From NCBI GenBank assembly GCA_031279395.1, contig JAITIO010000042.1, forward strand, positions 1-35,473: a stretch of 35,473 nt of DNA, read 5' to 3'. Made by a program: the position numbers and the translations under genes. Source of the stretch: Puniceicoccales bacterium (GTDB lineage Bacteria; Verrucomicrobiota; Verrucomicrobiia; Opitutales; JAIRKQ01). The notes below the pieces were generated by a model. It ran no database searches and was not told the DNA's origin. It worked only from the letters and a program-made list of their open reading frames with translations. Positions 27,304 to 35,473 of the stretch are shown in pieces (position 1 is the stretch's first letter; the number at the start of each line of letters is the position of its first letter).

Positions 27304-28482
27304 ATGGATCCTTTGCAACAGATTTGTCAAGGCATCGACACCGTGGTTGGACAAGATGAATTAAAGAAAAAGTTGGCCAGTGGAAAACGGCTTAGGGTTA
27401 AACTAGGGGTTGATCCCACGCGGCCAGATTTGCATTTTGGACACTTGGTCGTTTTTAACAAACTCAAACAGTTTCAAGATCTTGGCCATGAAACTACGCT
27501 ATTAATTGGAGATTATACAACAACGATCGGAGATCCTTCGGGTCGTTCCTCCGAACGGCCAATGCTATCCAGTGAACAGATTGAGAACAATTATAAAACC
27601 TATGTGGAACAGGCATTCAAAGTTTTAGATCCTGCCAAAACGGTGATAAGAAAAAACAGCGAATGGTTTAATAGCATGTCTTTTGGGGATGCAATCTTGC
27701 TTGCTAGGCAAATGACGGTAGCTCAGATGCTCGAGCGGGAAGATTTCAGCAATCGGTACAAAAATAAAACCCCTATTTCGATCGTTGAGTTTTTGTATCC
27801 TCTGTTGCAGGGATACGATTCCATCATGCTGGATTCTGATGTCGAAATAGGTGGCCGTGACCAATTGTTTAATTTGTTGGTTGGCCGCACTTTACAAAAA
27901 AATATTGGTAAAGAAGAGCAAGTGGTTATCACAATGCCACTGCTTGTTGGATTGGATGGTACCAGGAAAATGTCAAAAAGCTATGACAACTACATTGCCT
28001 TCAATGACACAGCAAAGGATATTTTCGGCAAGGTAATGTCGATTTCCGATGAGACGATGTTCGTGTACTACAAATTTCTTTTGTTAAAAACGGATGAAGA
28101 AATTGAACGATTGAAAGCGATGCACCCCATGGAATGCAAAAAGTCGCTAGCAGAGTACCTGTGTGCCAAATTTTACGGGTTAAATGTTACAAAACACGAA
28201 CGGGAACAATTTGAAAAAGTATTTTCTCAAAATGATATTCCAGATAACATGCCGAATTTTAGCATCCAGGAATTGATGGGTAAAAAAGCTGCTCCCTTGG
28301 TAGATATTCTATGGGCGACAAACCTATTTCCTAGCAAGAAGGAGATTCGTCGACTATTTGAACAGGGAGCACTCAAGGTTGATGGCCAAAAAATTACCGA
28401 TCCTTCTTTTCTATGTAAAATTTCCAACGAAGCAGTGGTCATTCAAGCTGGAAAAAGAATTTTTCTCAAAATAATAGAGTAG
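27304..28482 (+). CDS. tyrS: Tyrosyl-tRNA synthetase
   Basis: HIGH-type HFGH, KMSKS, and a C-terminal S4-like domain ([20 protein letters not shown]). ATG 27304 is preceded by GGGAG; the ORF track starts at 27262. Confidence 0.9.
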   Translation: MDPLQQICQGIDTVVGQDELKKKLASGKRLRVKLGVDPTRPDLHFGHLVVFNKLKQFQDLGHETTLLIGDYTTTIGDPSGRSSERPMLSSEQIENNYKTYVEQAFKVLDPAKTVIRKNSEWFNSMSFGDAILLARQMTVAQMLEREDFSNRYKNKTPISIVEFLYPLLQGYDSIMLDSDVEIGGRDQLFNLLVGRTLQKNIGKEEQVVITMPLLVGLDGTRKMSKSYDNYIAFNDTAKDIFGKVMSISDETMFVYYKFLLLKTDEEIERLKAMHPMECKKSLAEYLCAKFYGLNVTKHEREQFEKVFSQNDIPDNMPNFSIQELMGKKAAPLVDILWATNLFPSKKEIRRLFEQGALKVDGQKITDPSFLCKISNEAVVIQAGKRIFLKIIE

Positions 28483-28565
28483 GGTATTCTAGCAGAATAA
28501 TTTTAGTAAGGCTATCATTTTGGTTTTGGGTTGAAATGTGGTCGTAATTTTACACTGTGGAGGCA

Positions 28566-29033
28566 ATGAAAATTATCCGTAATAAATCCTGGGGGAAGGT
28601 TGTACTTTTATTGTGCCTACTTTCCTGCGGCACACGCTGCTTGGCCACAGCCTCAGGATCACAACCGCTGCAAAATATTCCCATAAATGGTTTTATATTG
28701 CCAGTTTTTAATGGAGAAGGTCAAGAAATTTGGGAAGCCCGTGGTAGTTCAGCAACAATGATTGAAGACAATCTATTGCATGTAAAAAATATGAAGTTGC
28801 GCTGTTTTACCGAAGAAGAACCCCCCCAGGAAGCATTTTTTGCTATCAGTGATATGGCATTTGTTGTTCCACAAACAAACTCAATTTCGGAAAATTTTGA
28901 AATAAAAATTTTTGGTCAAAATTTCTATGCATCTGCCCGCACTTGGGAATTTTCGGGCAATGAGAAAAAAATCATCGCAAAAGATCATGTCAAAGTTTTC
29001 CTCGATTGTAACCTGGAGGAATGTTCACCATAA
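28566..29033 (+). CDS. Putative LptC-like periplasmic protein
   Basis: Signal/anchor VVLLLCLLSCG, about 155 aa, beta-rich. It lies immediately upstream of lptA-lptB and overlaps lptA. Assignment is by synteny and size only. Confidence 0.4.
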   Translation: MKIIRNKSWGKVVLLLCLLSCGTRCLATASGSQPLQNIPINGFILPVFNGEGQEIWEARGSSATMIEDNLLHVKNMKLRCFTEEEPPQEAFFAISDMAFVVPQTNSISENFEIKIFGQNFYASARTWEFSGNEKKIIAKDHVKVFLDCNLEECSP

Positions 29034-29530
29034 AAAACATAGTAAAATTAATAATTTTAATGCTACCTCTGGGAACATTTGCTTCTCCGGTCCAAATAAC
29101 AAGTGATGTCCTTGAAATCCAGACATTGGGGTCTCATGTTTACATGAATTTTTCTCACAATGCCCATATCGGTGGGAATAAATTCTCTTTGAAAGAGGAT
29201 CACATACAAGTTATCATTGCCAGTGGTTCTTCACAAATACCCAACCTAGCGGCAGTAAAAGAAATTCATGCCATGGAAAATGCAGCCTTTGAGTGGGAAT
29301 CATATGGGGGAAAAGCCGATCAGATAAGCATTTATCCTGCCAAAAATTTTATCCTATTGGAGGGAAATGCTGAAATATGGGATGAAAATTCAGGGACAAT
29401 GTTCGGGCAAACACTAACCCTAGATTTAAAGCACAAGCAAATCAAATCCGGAGGTTCGGAATTCAAACGCCCGACTATGTCAATTGATGATATTTCGAAG
29501 TTTGAACCAGATAACATGTTGATAAAGTAA
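29021..29530 (+). CDS. lptA: LPS transport periplasmic protein LptA (OstA-like)
   Basis: Signal peptide, then VQITSDVLEIQ...ADQISIYPAKNFILLEGNAEIWDENSGTMFGQTLTLDL, the OstA/LptA jellyroll pattern. It lies upstream of lptB. Confidence 0.65.
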   Translation: MFTIKNIVKLIILMLPLGTFASPVQITSDVLEIQTLGSHVYMNFSHNAHIGGNKFSLKEDHIQVIIASGSSQIPNLAAVKEIHAMENAAFEWESYGGKADQISIYPAKNFILLEGNAEIWDENSGTMFGQTLTLDLKHKQIKSGGSEFKRPTMSIDDISKFEPDNMLIK

Positions 29531-29553
29531 AAAAAAGCGATGGCAAGAAAGCG

Positions 29554-30288
29554 ATGGCAAAAATCACCAATAGATTGTTTATAAAAAATTTAGAAAAATT
29601 CTACGGCCAACGGGAAGTAATTAGGGATATTTCCATGGAGATAAATAGTGGGGAGGTTATCGGATTACTTGGTCCCAACGGTGCTGGCAAAACTACCACC
29701 TTTTACATCGTTATGGGGTTAATCGTTGCCGATTCGGGTAAAATTTTTTTGAATGATGAAGATATCAGTAAACTTCCGATGTACAAACGTGCTCGCAAAG
29801 GCGTGGGGTATCTTCCCCAGGAAGATTCCACAATTCGATCACTAACGGTGTGGGAGAACCTGCAGTGCATGGCTGAATGTCTGCATCTGTCTAAGGAAGA
29901 ACAAATCAAAGCCATAGAAGAATCATTGGCAGAAATGAAAATTTCACACATTGCTGGACAAAAAGCTTATACTCTTAGTGGAGGAGAATGCAGAAGGCTA
30001 GAAATAGCTCGTACACTGATATCTAAGCCAAAGTTTCTACTTATGGATGAACCCTTTAGCGGAGTAGATCCTATCAGCGTTAGTGCATTACGAAACATTA
30101 TCATTTCCCTAAAAGAAAAAAATATTGGTATTTTTATTACCGACCATAACGTACGCGAAATGTTAAAAATCGTAGACCGTGCCTATTTGATATACGGAGG
30201 TAATATTCTTTGCCATGGCTCCAGTAACGTACTATTGAAAGATCCAAACAGTAGAAAATTTTATCTTGGTGAGGATTTTAACATGTGA
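29554..30288 (+). CDS. lptB: LPS export ABC transporter ATPase LptB
   Basis: 244 aa. Walker A GPNGAGKTT, GVGYLPQE, signature LSGGECRRLEIAR, Walker B LLMDEPFSGVDP, H-loop ITDHNVRE. Confidence 0.9.
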   Translation: MAKITNRLFIKNLEKFYGQREVIRDISMEINSGEVIGLLGPNGAGKTTTFYIVMGLIVADSGKIFLNDEDISKLPMYKRARKGVGYLPQEDSTIRSLTVWENLQCMAECLHLSKEEQIKAIEESLAEMKISHIAGQKAYTLSGGECRRLEIARTLISKPKFLLMDEPFSGVDPISVSALRNIIISLKEKNIGIFITDHNVREMLKIVDRAYLIYGGNILCHGSSNVLLKDPNSRKFYLGEDFNM

Positions 30289-30445
30289 TTCGAGATGCTC
30301 TTTTGTAACGTTTTGCATATTTTTAATTTCAAAAAAATTCTATGCCAAAAACGTATGGGCTCTCAATCGTGAAAAATTTAAAGTGTTTACTTTTGTCTGT
30401 TTCATATTTTCCTGTGGAAGCAGCAGCTTAAAAGTCGCAACAAGT

Positions 30446-30463
30446 AACTTTTGGCCAAAAGTT
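30446..30463. promoter_or_regulatory. Perfect 18-bp palindrome just upstream of the STAS-like gene
   Basis: AACTTTTGG|CCAAAAGTT at 30446-30463, ending 4 nt before ATG 30468. Confidence 0.35.
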
Positions 30464-30467
30464 GGTT

Positions 30468-30878
30468 ATGCATGAGATAAAAAAGTTTTCTTCGGGAAAT
30501 GTCGTTGTGATGACTTTATCAGGGAAATTGACTCACAGTGACTATGTAAACATTGTTCCATTTCTTGCAAAATTGATAAAAAAGTATGGCTTGATCAGGA
30601 TTTTAATCGAGCTCGACAATTTTGAAGGATGGAAAGTTTCGGCTACCTTGGACGATATCGTTTTCGTTTTTCGATATTCTGCACACATAGAACGAATGGC
30701 ATTTCTGGTTCACGCCAAACAAAATAATCTTGCCTTACTGCTCGACCGGCCATTCGGTAGGGCATTCGGTGACAATGTTAAATATTTTCACCAAAAATAC
30801 TGCGAAGATGCCTGGCAGTGGATATGCGATGGAGCGAAAGATGTGCAAAATGCTACCTTTCCCCAAGATTTCGCATAA
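30468..30878 (+). CDS. STAS/SpoIIAA-like (SEC14-type) domain protein
   Basis: VVVMTLSGKLTHSDYVNIVPFLAKLIKKYGLIRILIELDNFEGW...IERMAFLV matches the SpoIIAA-like small-domain family pattern. Confidence 0.6.
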   Translation: MHEIKKFSSGNVVVMTLSGKLTHSDYVNIVPFLAKLIKKYGLIRILIELDNFEGWKVSATLDDIVFVFRYSAHIERMAFLVHAKQNNLALLLDRPFGRAFGDNVKYFHQKYCEDAWQWICDGAKDVQNATFPQDFA

Positions 30879-31007
30879 TCCTGAAAATTTTCGACCCAAT
30901 GCTGTTTCTTGGAAAAGATCTATTACCATTCCTGGCAATTTAGAAATTAGCAAATTTACTGTGAAATTTGAAAAAAGATAAATGAAGTTGTTAATATGTC
31001 AATTCTA

Positions 31008-31685
31008 CTAAATGTGACCTCTGGAGTCTATTTTTTGCTGAAGGCTGATCAGCTCATCTTCTAAAACCGTAGAAAATTCCTTGACGGTTAAATTTTCGAA
31101 AGTTTCGCAAAGAAATGTTTTGCTATCCACGCATATTTTTGAAAATGGATAGGGAATTTTAAACCTATCCCAGGTTGGCAAGGCAAAGTAATGGCTGTAT
31201 TTCATAGCCACTAGTACGAGGTTCGTTTTCGTAGTTTTGGTTACCATGGCTGTCCCTCTTTTAAATTTACAAACTGGTCCCCGGGGCCCATCGGGGGTTA
31301 TGGCAACGAATGCACCTTCCGTTAACTTTTCAGATATATTGTCCATGGCGAATAAACCATTCCGATTGCTAGAACCACGTATCGTCCGTATGCCCAATCG
31401 GCTAAATATTTCCGCCAGCCATGCACCATCGCGCGATGGGCTTACGAGGGCATACGTGCTATGTTTCTTTCTTAGCAACCTATATAATCTATATGCTGCA
31501 AAGAAATTGTTATGCCAAAATGCAAAAACCGTCGGTCCCTGAACTTCATCGAGCATTTTTCGACATTCCGCACTCAGTTTGATACCTAGCGTTGACCAAT
31601 ACAGCCTCAATATGAAAACAACAATGGAAACCAAAATACGTTGCCACCACCTCTTTAACACATGCGTATCGCGGCGAACTATCAT
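31008..31685 (-). CDS. DUF374 / lysophospholipid-acyltransferase-like protein
   Basis: N-terminal TM, FAFWHNNFF, SPSRDGAWLAEIFSRLGIRTIRGSSNRNG and ITPDGPRGP are DUF374 hallmarks. There is an ATGA overlap with the metG stop (31682-31685). Confidence 0.75.
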   Translation of the reverse strand: MIVRRDTHVLKRWWQRILVSIVVFILRLYWSTLGIKLSAECRKMLDEVQGPTVFAFWHNNFFAAYRLYRLLRKKHSTYALVSPSRDGAWLAEIFSRLGIRTIRGSSNRNGLFAMDNISEKLTEGAFVAITPDGPRGPVCKFKRGTAMVTKTTKTNLVLVAMKYSHYFALPTWDRFKIPYPFSKICVDSKTFLCETFENLTVKEFSTVLEDELISLQQKIDSRGHI

Positions 31686-33214
31686 GCTTCTTCGATTTTA
31701 GGGAAGAGGATAATTTGTTCTCCCAATTTGTTACCGGTAAGCGAATTTCCAAACCTAGTGTCCGTGCTCCAATTTGCGGATGCCGGACATCCAAGAACGG
31801 ACAATACTTGCTGCGATGTTGTTGGCATTATCGGGGATAACAAAATTGCAGCCAATCTGACACATTCGGCAGCTATGGCGATGGTTGTATCGATCAGCTG
31901 TTTATCGCCCTCTTCATTTGACTTTGCCAATTTCCATGGTGAACGATTTTCGACGTACCCGTTAACCGCTTTTATGCACAGGAACAATTTTTCAAGGGCC
32001 GAATGGAATGCAAATTCATTGTATAGAGAAATGATTTCAGGAATTGCCGATTGCCACAAATTCCGAAGATCCTCTTCGAGGCTTTCGGTTTTGACAATTG
32101 CTTTTACCGTCCCATCGCAATACCTATGTCCCATGTTTAACAGACGGCTCAGGAGGTTCCCCAAATCATTCGCCAGATCCCCTGTGTAGCGGGTCATAAA
32201 CCTATCAAATGAAAAATCACCATCCTGTCCTATGGTCATTTCGCGCATCAGATAGTAGCGAAAGGCATCCACTCCAAATTTTTCTATACATTCCAACGGG
32301 TTTACGATATTGCCTGCACTTTTCGACATTTTTTCGCCGGAAATTAACCACCAGCCGTGTACCAACAGAGTTTTAGGCAATTCAATGTGAAGAGCATGTA
32401 ACATTATTGGCCAATAGACCGCATGGGCTGGCACAAGGATATCCTTCCCGATGATGTGGTAATCTGCTGGCCAATAGTTGATAAATGTTTTATCCAAATA
32501 ATTGGCTCCCGTTATGTAATTTATGAGAGCGTCGAACCAAACATAGGTTACATATTCCGAATCGAATGGTAGTTCTATCCCCCAGGACAACCGATTCTTC
32601 GGCCGGGAAATACATAGGTCATTTACAGGATCTTTGAGAAACTCCAAGACCTGTTTTGCTCGAAATGTAGGGAATATAAATTCCGGATGGGCTTCCACAT
32701 AATTTATCAACCATTGTTGATATTTCTTGAGTCGAAAAAAATAATTTGTCTCTGATATTTCGACGATTTCTCCAAAATCTGCTGGCCATTTGCCATCAAT
32801 TTTATCTTTCTCAAGGACGAACCGTTCGGCGGTTTTGCTATACAACCCGGAATAATCGGCCTTGTAAATTTGCCCATCGTCGTATAATTTCTGTAAGCAC
32901 TCGCGGACAACTTGTTTATGTTCACTTTCCGTCGTTCGAATGTATCGATCGTATTTAATATTTAACTTTTTACATAGATTTTTGAAATCTTCGGCAATAT
33001 TGTCACAGTGAATCTGTTCTGGAACCCCTGCCTTGGCGGCGGATTGGCTCACCTTTAAACCATGCTCATCCAACCCTGTCATGAATTGCACGTCCATGTT
33101 TTGCAACCGAAACATGCGAGATATCGTATCCGCTAGAATTTTTTCGTAGGCATGACCGATGTGAGGCTTTCCGTTGGCATAATCTATGGCCGTTGTGATA
33201 TATACTTTTTTCAT
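31682..33214 (-). CDS. metG: Methionyl-tRNA synthetase (short form, no C-terminal tRNA-binding domain)
   Basis: 510 aa. AIDYANGKPHIGHAYE (HIGH) and KMSKSAGN (KMSKS). Confidence 0.95.
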   Translation of the reverse strand: MKKVYITTAIDYANGKPHIGHAYEKILADTISRMFRLQNMDVQFMTGLDEHGLKVSQSAAKAGVPEQIHCDNIAEDFKNLCKKLNIKYDRYIRTTESEHKQVVRECLQKLYDDGQIYKADYSGLYSKTAERFVLEKDKIDGKWPADFGEIVEISETNYFFRLKKYQQWLINYVEAHPEFIFPTFRAKQVLEFLKDPVNDLCISRPKNRLSWGIELPFDSEYVTYVWFDALINYITGANYLDKTFINYWPADYHIIGKDILVPAHAVYWPIMLHALHIELPKTLLVHGWWLISGEKMSKSAGNIVNPLECIEKFGVDAFRYYLMREMTIGQDGDFSFDRFMTRYTGDLANDLGNLLSRLLNMGHRYCDGTVKAIVKTESLEEDLRNLWQSAIPEIISLYNEFAFHSALEKLFLCIKAVNGYVENRSPWKLAKSNEEGDKQLIDTTIAIAAECVRLAAILLSPIMPTTSQQVLSVLGCPASANWSTDTRFGNSLTGNKLGEQIILFPKIEEA

Positions 33215-33602
33215 TTGTCTCCACCATTATTTTACTTTATACGTTCTTACGTTCTTGTGCAACTATTGTGTGGAATTCCATCTTTACAATTTCATTTTTT
33301 CAAAATTATCAAATCCATGATTCCGCCGGGGAAAAATTTTCTAACCAAAGCTATTTTTTACCTTACGTTTACACACTAAAACATCATATGTACTAAAACT
33401 ATCAATGCTGTTAAAATGTTGATGGGAAGTTCAAAATGAATTTTTTGTCCATGCCTTCCAAAAACAATGGTAAACGGACGTACCATGAACCTCTCACTGC
33501 TTCGGAAAATTTCATCGAAAAATTTTGTTTTTCGAAAACACTCATAAAATTTTTAACTCGACATTTTGTTATCATATCGAATATCAAAAACACTCAGAAA
33601 AT

Positions 33603-33692
33603 GGAGAGATGGCAGAGTGGTTTATTGCATCGGTCTTGAAAACCGAAGTGCTGTCAACGGCACCGTGGGTTCGAATCCCTCTCTCTCCGCCA
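33603..33692 (+). tRNA. tRNA-Ser (anticodon UGA), CCA encoded
   Basis: Hand fold: acceptor GGAGAGA/TCTCTCC, 3-bp D stem GCA/TGC, anticodon stem TCGGT/ACCGA with loop CTTGAAA, a long variable arm (GTGCTGTCAACGGCAC), T loop TTCGAAT, discriminator G plus CCA. There is one T-T mismatch in the T stem. Confidence 0.85.
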
Positions 33693-33694
33693 TG

Positions 33695-33747
33695 AATACA
33701 AGCTTTGCGAGGGATAAGGAAAATGTAAAATAGAGTGCCGAGAAGAG
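33695..33747 (+). repeat. Conserved trailer element, copy 1 (downstream of tRNA-Ser)
   Basis: aatacaagctttgcgagggataaggaaaatgtaaaatagagtgccgagaagag aligns with 34250-34303 (aatacaggctttgcggaggatgagggaaatatcaaatgaggtaccaggaaaaag) at roughly 75-80% identity. Confidence 0.7.
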
Positions 33748-34156
33748 TCTGTGGACAAAACATGGACAAAAATCTTGTCTCAAAAAAGCTTTCCATTCGA
33801 GAGGTTTAAATGCTGAGCAATTACTTCCGGAATTCCATATTTTTCCACCATTTTCGATATTGGTTCGCTGCAATAGATGCAGTATGTTACAAGAATCCAC
33901 CTTCTCTAAATCTTTTTCTGTGATGCATGTAAAATTGGTTTTTGACTTTCCTTTTCACAGGACTCTTTTCTGGACAGTATCGTGTGGTGGTTATCGGTGT
34001 TACCGACACTATCCTCCTAGTACTGAGCCGGCAAAAATCAGTTTTAGGGAGGCATTTCTATTATCTCCAATTTTCTACGAACGGAATACAAAAAAATTCC
34101 TTGGCAAATCACCAAAAACTTCTAGCTTCTGTGCAGTTTTAATAAAATGCTATTTC

Positions 34157-34243
34157 GGTGGGATATCCAAGTGGCTAAAGGATGCAGACTGTAAATCTGT
34201 CGAGTTTCACTCTTCAAGCGTTCGAATCGCTTTCCCACCACCA
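34157..34243 (+). tRNA. tRNA-Tyr (anticodon GUA), CCA encoded
   Basis: Hand fold: acceptor GGTGGGA/TCCCACC, D stem TCC/GGA, anticodon stem GCAGA/TCTGT with loop CTGTAAA, a long variable arm, T arm AAGCG-TTCGAAT-CGCTT, discriminator A plus CCA. Confidence 0.85.
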
Positions 34244-34249
34244 CCGATA

Positions 34250-34303
34250 AATACAGGCTTTGCGGAGGATGAGGGAAATATCAAATGAGGTACCAGGAAA
34301 AAG
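34250..34303 (+). repeat. Conserved trailer element, copy 2 (downstream of tRNA-Tyr)
   Basis: See copy 1. It starts 7 nt after the CCA, versus 3 nt for copy 1. Confidence 0.7.
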
Positions 34304-34546
34304 CCAATCCCTCAATATTCCCTCAAAAATGTTAGCCATAGATCCTGTTCCCAAGTTTCTTTTCCATGAAAATTGGAAACTAACCAAAATATCAGGAAAA
34401 ATTCTTAGGGAAAAAAGGAGAAATTTCGTTGAAATGAGGAGAAAAGGATGGAAAAATTAAAAAAAAGTTGCTCTTAAGTCAAGCAAAAACTTTCGATGAT
34501 GTAAATTTCTGTAGCAAAGCCTTCGATCATAATAAAAGCATAAAGG

Positions 34547-34750
34547 AAAAGCATTGAGAAAGGAGGAGGGAAGAATACACTGGGATTTGGAGAGGAAGTC
34601 CGGTGGAAAATAGGGAAAAGAGAAGACAGACGAAGTGGACAAAAGGAGTATTGGCAGGCATTTCGTTAATGGGCAGCATGGTGTGCGTGATGCTATGGAT
34701 GATGCTGTGCGGAGGGTGTAGGACGGTGGGAAGTAGATTACTGGTGCCGA
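34547..34750. repeat. Right copy of the inverted repeat; the partner is 111..298.
   Basis: See the left copy. It covers the leader, the SD (GGAGAGG), the GTG start and the signal-peptide codons of the 34603 gene. Confidence 0.85.
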
Positions 34751-35418
34751 GTACGCTCAGCGGGCAGAATGGAGAGTTGAAGGACATAAACGGAAAGTTG
34801 TATGACTATTTGCAGATCCTGCTGTGGGTTGGGAAGAATAACTATGATTGCGGAGGTAACCAACGGGAAAACCACAAGCCTGAGACAGGAAGTTATAGGT
34901 TCGGGAATGGTATGCTGGGAAATCGTAGGTTGCGCAATTACGACGATAGTGAGAGTTGCAAACCTGGAATGGAAAATCGCAAGCTGGGGAACCGCGATGT
35001 TGGCAATTACGACGATGCTGAGAGTTGCAGACCCGAAAAGGAGAATCGTGGGTCCGAGAATGGCAAGTTGGCAAACGACAATTTAAGGAACAGAGAAGTT
35101 GGGCAGAAAGCCCTGGACGGGTGTTTGGAAATAGTGGGGCTGCCTGATGGCAACGAGATGATACTAACAAACAACATCAATGGGGAAGGGGTTGACCGGA
35201 TAGTGAGGGATGCGAGGAAGCTGAAGGCGAGGAAGGAGAAACTCGTTGGCCGGATGGGAAAAGACGTGGCATTACTTGAGAAGAGATATGCCTGCTACGA
35301 GTCATCCCACCGGACGCTGAGGACTTTGCAGCTATTTGGTGGCTTGGCATGCGGGATTGTGGTGATTTTTGGTTTGGTATTTTTTCGACTGAGGTGGGAC
35401 AACCGAGGGTGTGCATAA
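34603..35418 (+). CDS. Hypothetical repeat-containing protein with N-terminal signal/anchor and C-terminal TM, encoded in G+C-richer DNA
   Basis: 271 aa. GTG start 7 nt after GGAGAGG. N-terminus GVLAGISLMGSMVCVMLWMMLCGGC. Two 23-aa repeats (LGNRRLRNYDDSESCKPGMENRK / LGNRDVGNYDDAESCRPEKENRG). A basic coiled segment (RDARKLKARKEKLVGRMGKD). C-terminal TM LFGGLACGIVVIFGLVFF. I recognise no family. Confidence 0.6.
   Translation: MENREKRRQTKWTKGVLAGISLMGSMVCVMLWMMLCGGCRTVGSRLLVPSTLSGQNGELKDINGKLYDYLQILLWVGKNNYDCGGNQRENHKPETGSYRFGNGMLGNRRLRNYDDSESCKPGMENRKLGNRDVGNYDDAESCRPEKENRGSENGKLANDNLRNREVGQKALDGCLEIVGLPDGNEMILTNNINGEGVDRIVRDARKLKARKEKLVGRMGKDVALLEKRYACYESSHRTLRTLQLFGGLACGIVVIFGLVFFRLRWDNRGCA
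34915..35052 (+). repeat. Two imperfect 69-nt in-frame tandem repeats inside the 34603 gene
   Basis: 34915-34983 and 34984-35052 align without gaps, sharing for example aattacgacgat and gagagttgca. Confidence 0.8.
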
Positions 35419-35473
35419 GGATGTGCATAAGGGTGGAAACAACGACGAGAACAACGAATGGAATAAAGGAGCA

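Noticed and set aside
1352-34243. The whole interior as a T3SS pathogenicity island bounded by integrase and tRNAs
   Set aside because: The interior carries essential core genes (metG, tyrS, smpB, rpoZ, lptB, guaA) and has a uniform low G+C. Only the DNA outside about 1.35 kb and 34.25 kb looks foreign.
33860-34288. 142-aa plus-strand ORF and 92-aa minus-strand ORF 33622..33900 in the tRNA region
   Set aside because: They run through tRNA-Tyr and tRNA-Ser respectively. A faint resemblance of NILHLLQRTN to the integrase N-terminus (SIQHLLQKLN), and a 23-codon HTH-looking fragment (MVEKYGIPEVIAQHLNLSNGKLF, minus strand near 33850), are too short to call integrase or transposase remnants.
1-35473. 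CRISPR arrays, rRNA genes, intact IS elements, alternative genetic code
   Set aside because: No regularly spaced direct repeats, rRNA-like segments or transposase ORFs were seen. All conserved genes read full length with the standard code.

Overview
This 35.5-kb window comes from a low-G+C chromosome (most lines I counted are about 35-45% G+C). The organism has a Gram-negative-type envelope: hldD, lptA, lptB and a DUF374 acyltransferase are present. Most of the window is housekeeping: recD2-like helicase, nrdR, comM, smpB, rpoZ, add-guaB-guaA, tyrS, lptC-like/lptA/lptB, metG, tRNA-Ser and tRNA-Tyr.

The centre carries a compact non-flagellar type III secretion sub-cluster, sctJ-(sctK-like)-sctL-sctN-sctO-sctP (15.4-20.6 kb). 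No export-gate (sctRSTUV), sctQ, sctD or needle genes occur anywhere in the window. A lone secretin gene lies 4 kb upstream, separated from the cluster by comM, smpB, rpoZ and an MFS transporter. The sctP-like ruler gene contains a near-perfect 129-nt tandem duplication.

Both window ends are compositionally foreign; the first 120 nt are about 68% G+C by my count. The ends carry inverted copies of a roughly 190-205-nt segment, which is the SD, start and signal-peptide region of a paralogous gene. The left end also holds a decayed P4-type integrase. The right-hand foreign segment starts just after tRNA-Tyr.

Other oddities:
- a thymidine-phosphorylase homologue with its signature catalytic loop destroyed
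- an IMP dehydrogenase lacking the Bateman (CBS) module
- an adenosine-deaminase-family protein with two substituted substrate-contact residues
- a Nudix hydrolase with a signal-like leader, abutting the T3SS genes
- a conserved roughly 50-nt trailer after both tRNAs

No CRISPR array, rRNA or intact transposase was seen. All calls come from reading the sequence and ORF translations; no searches were run.
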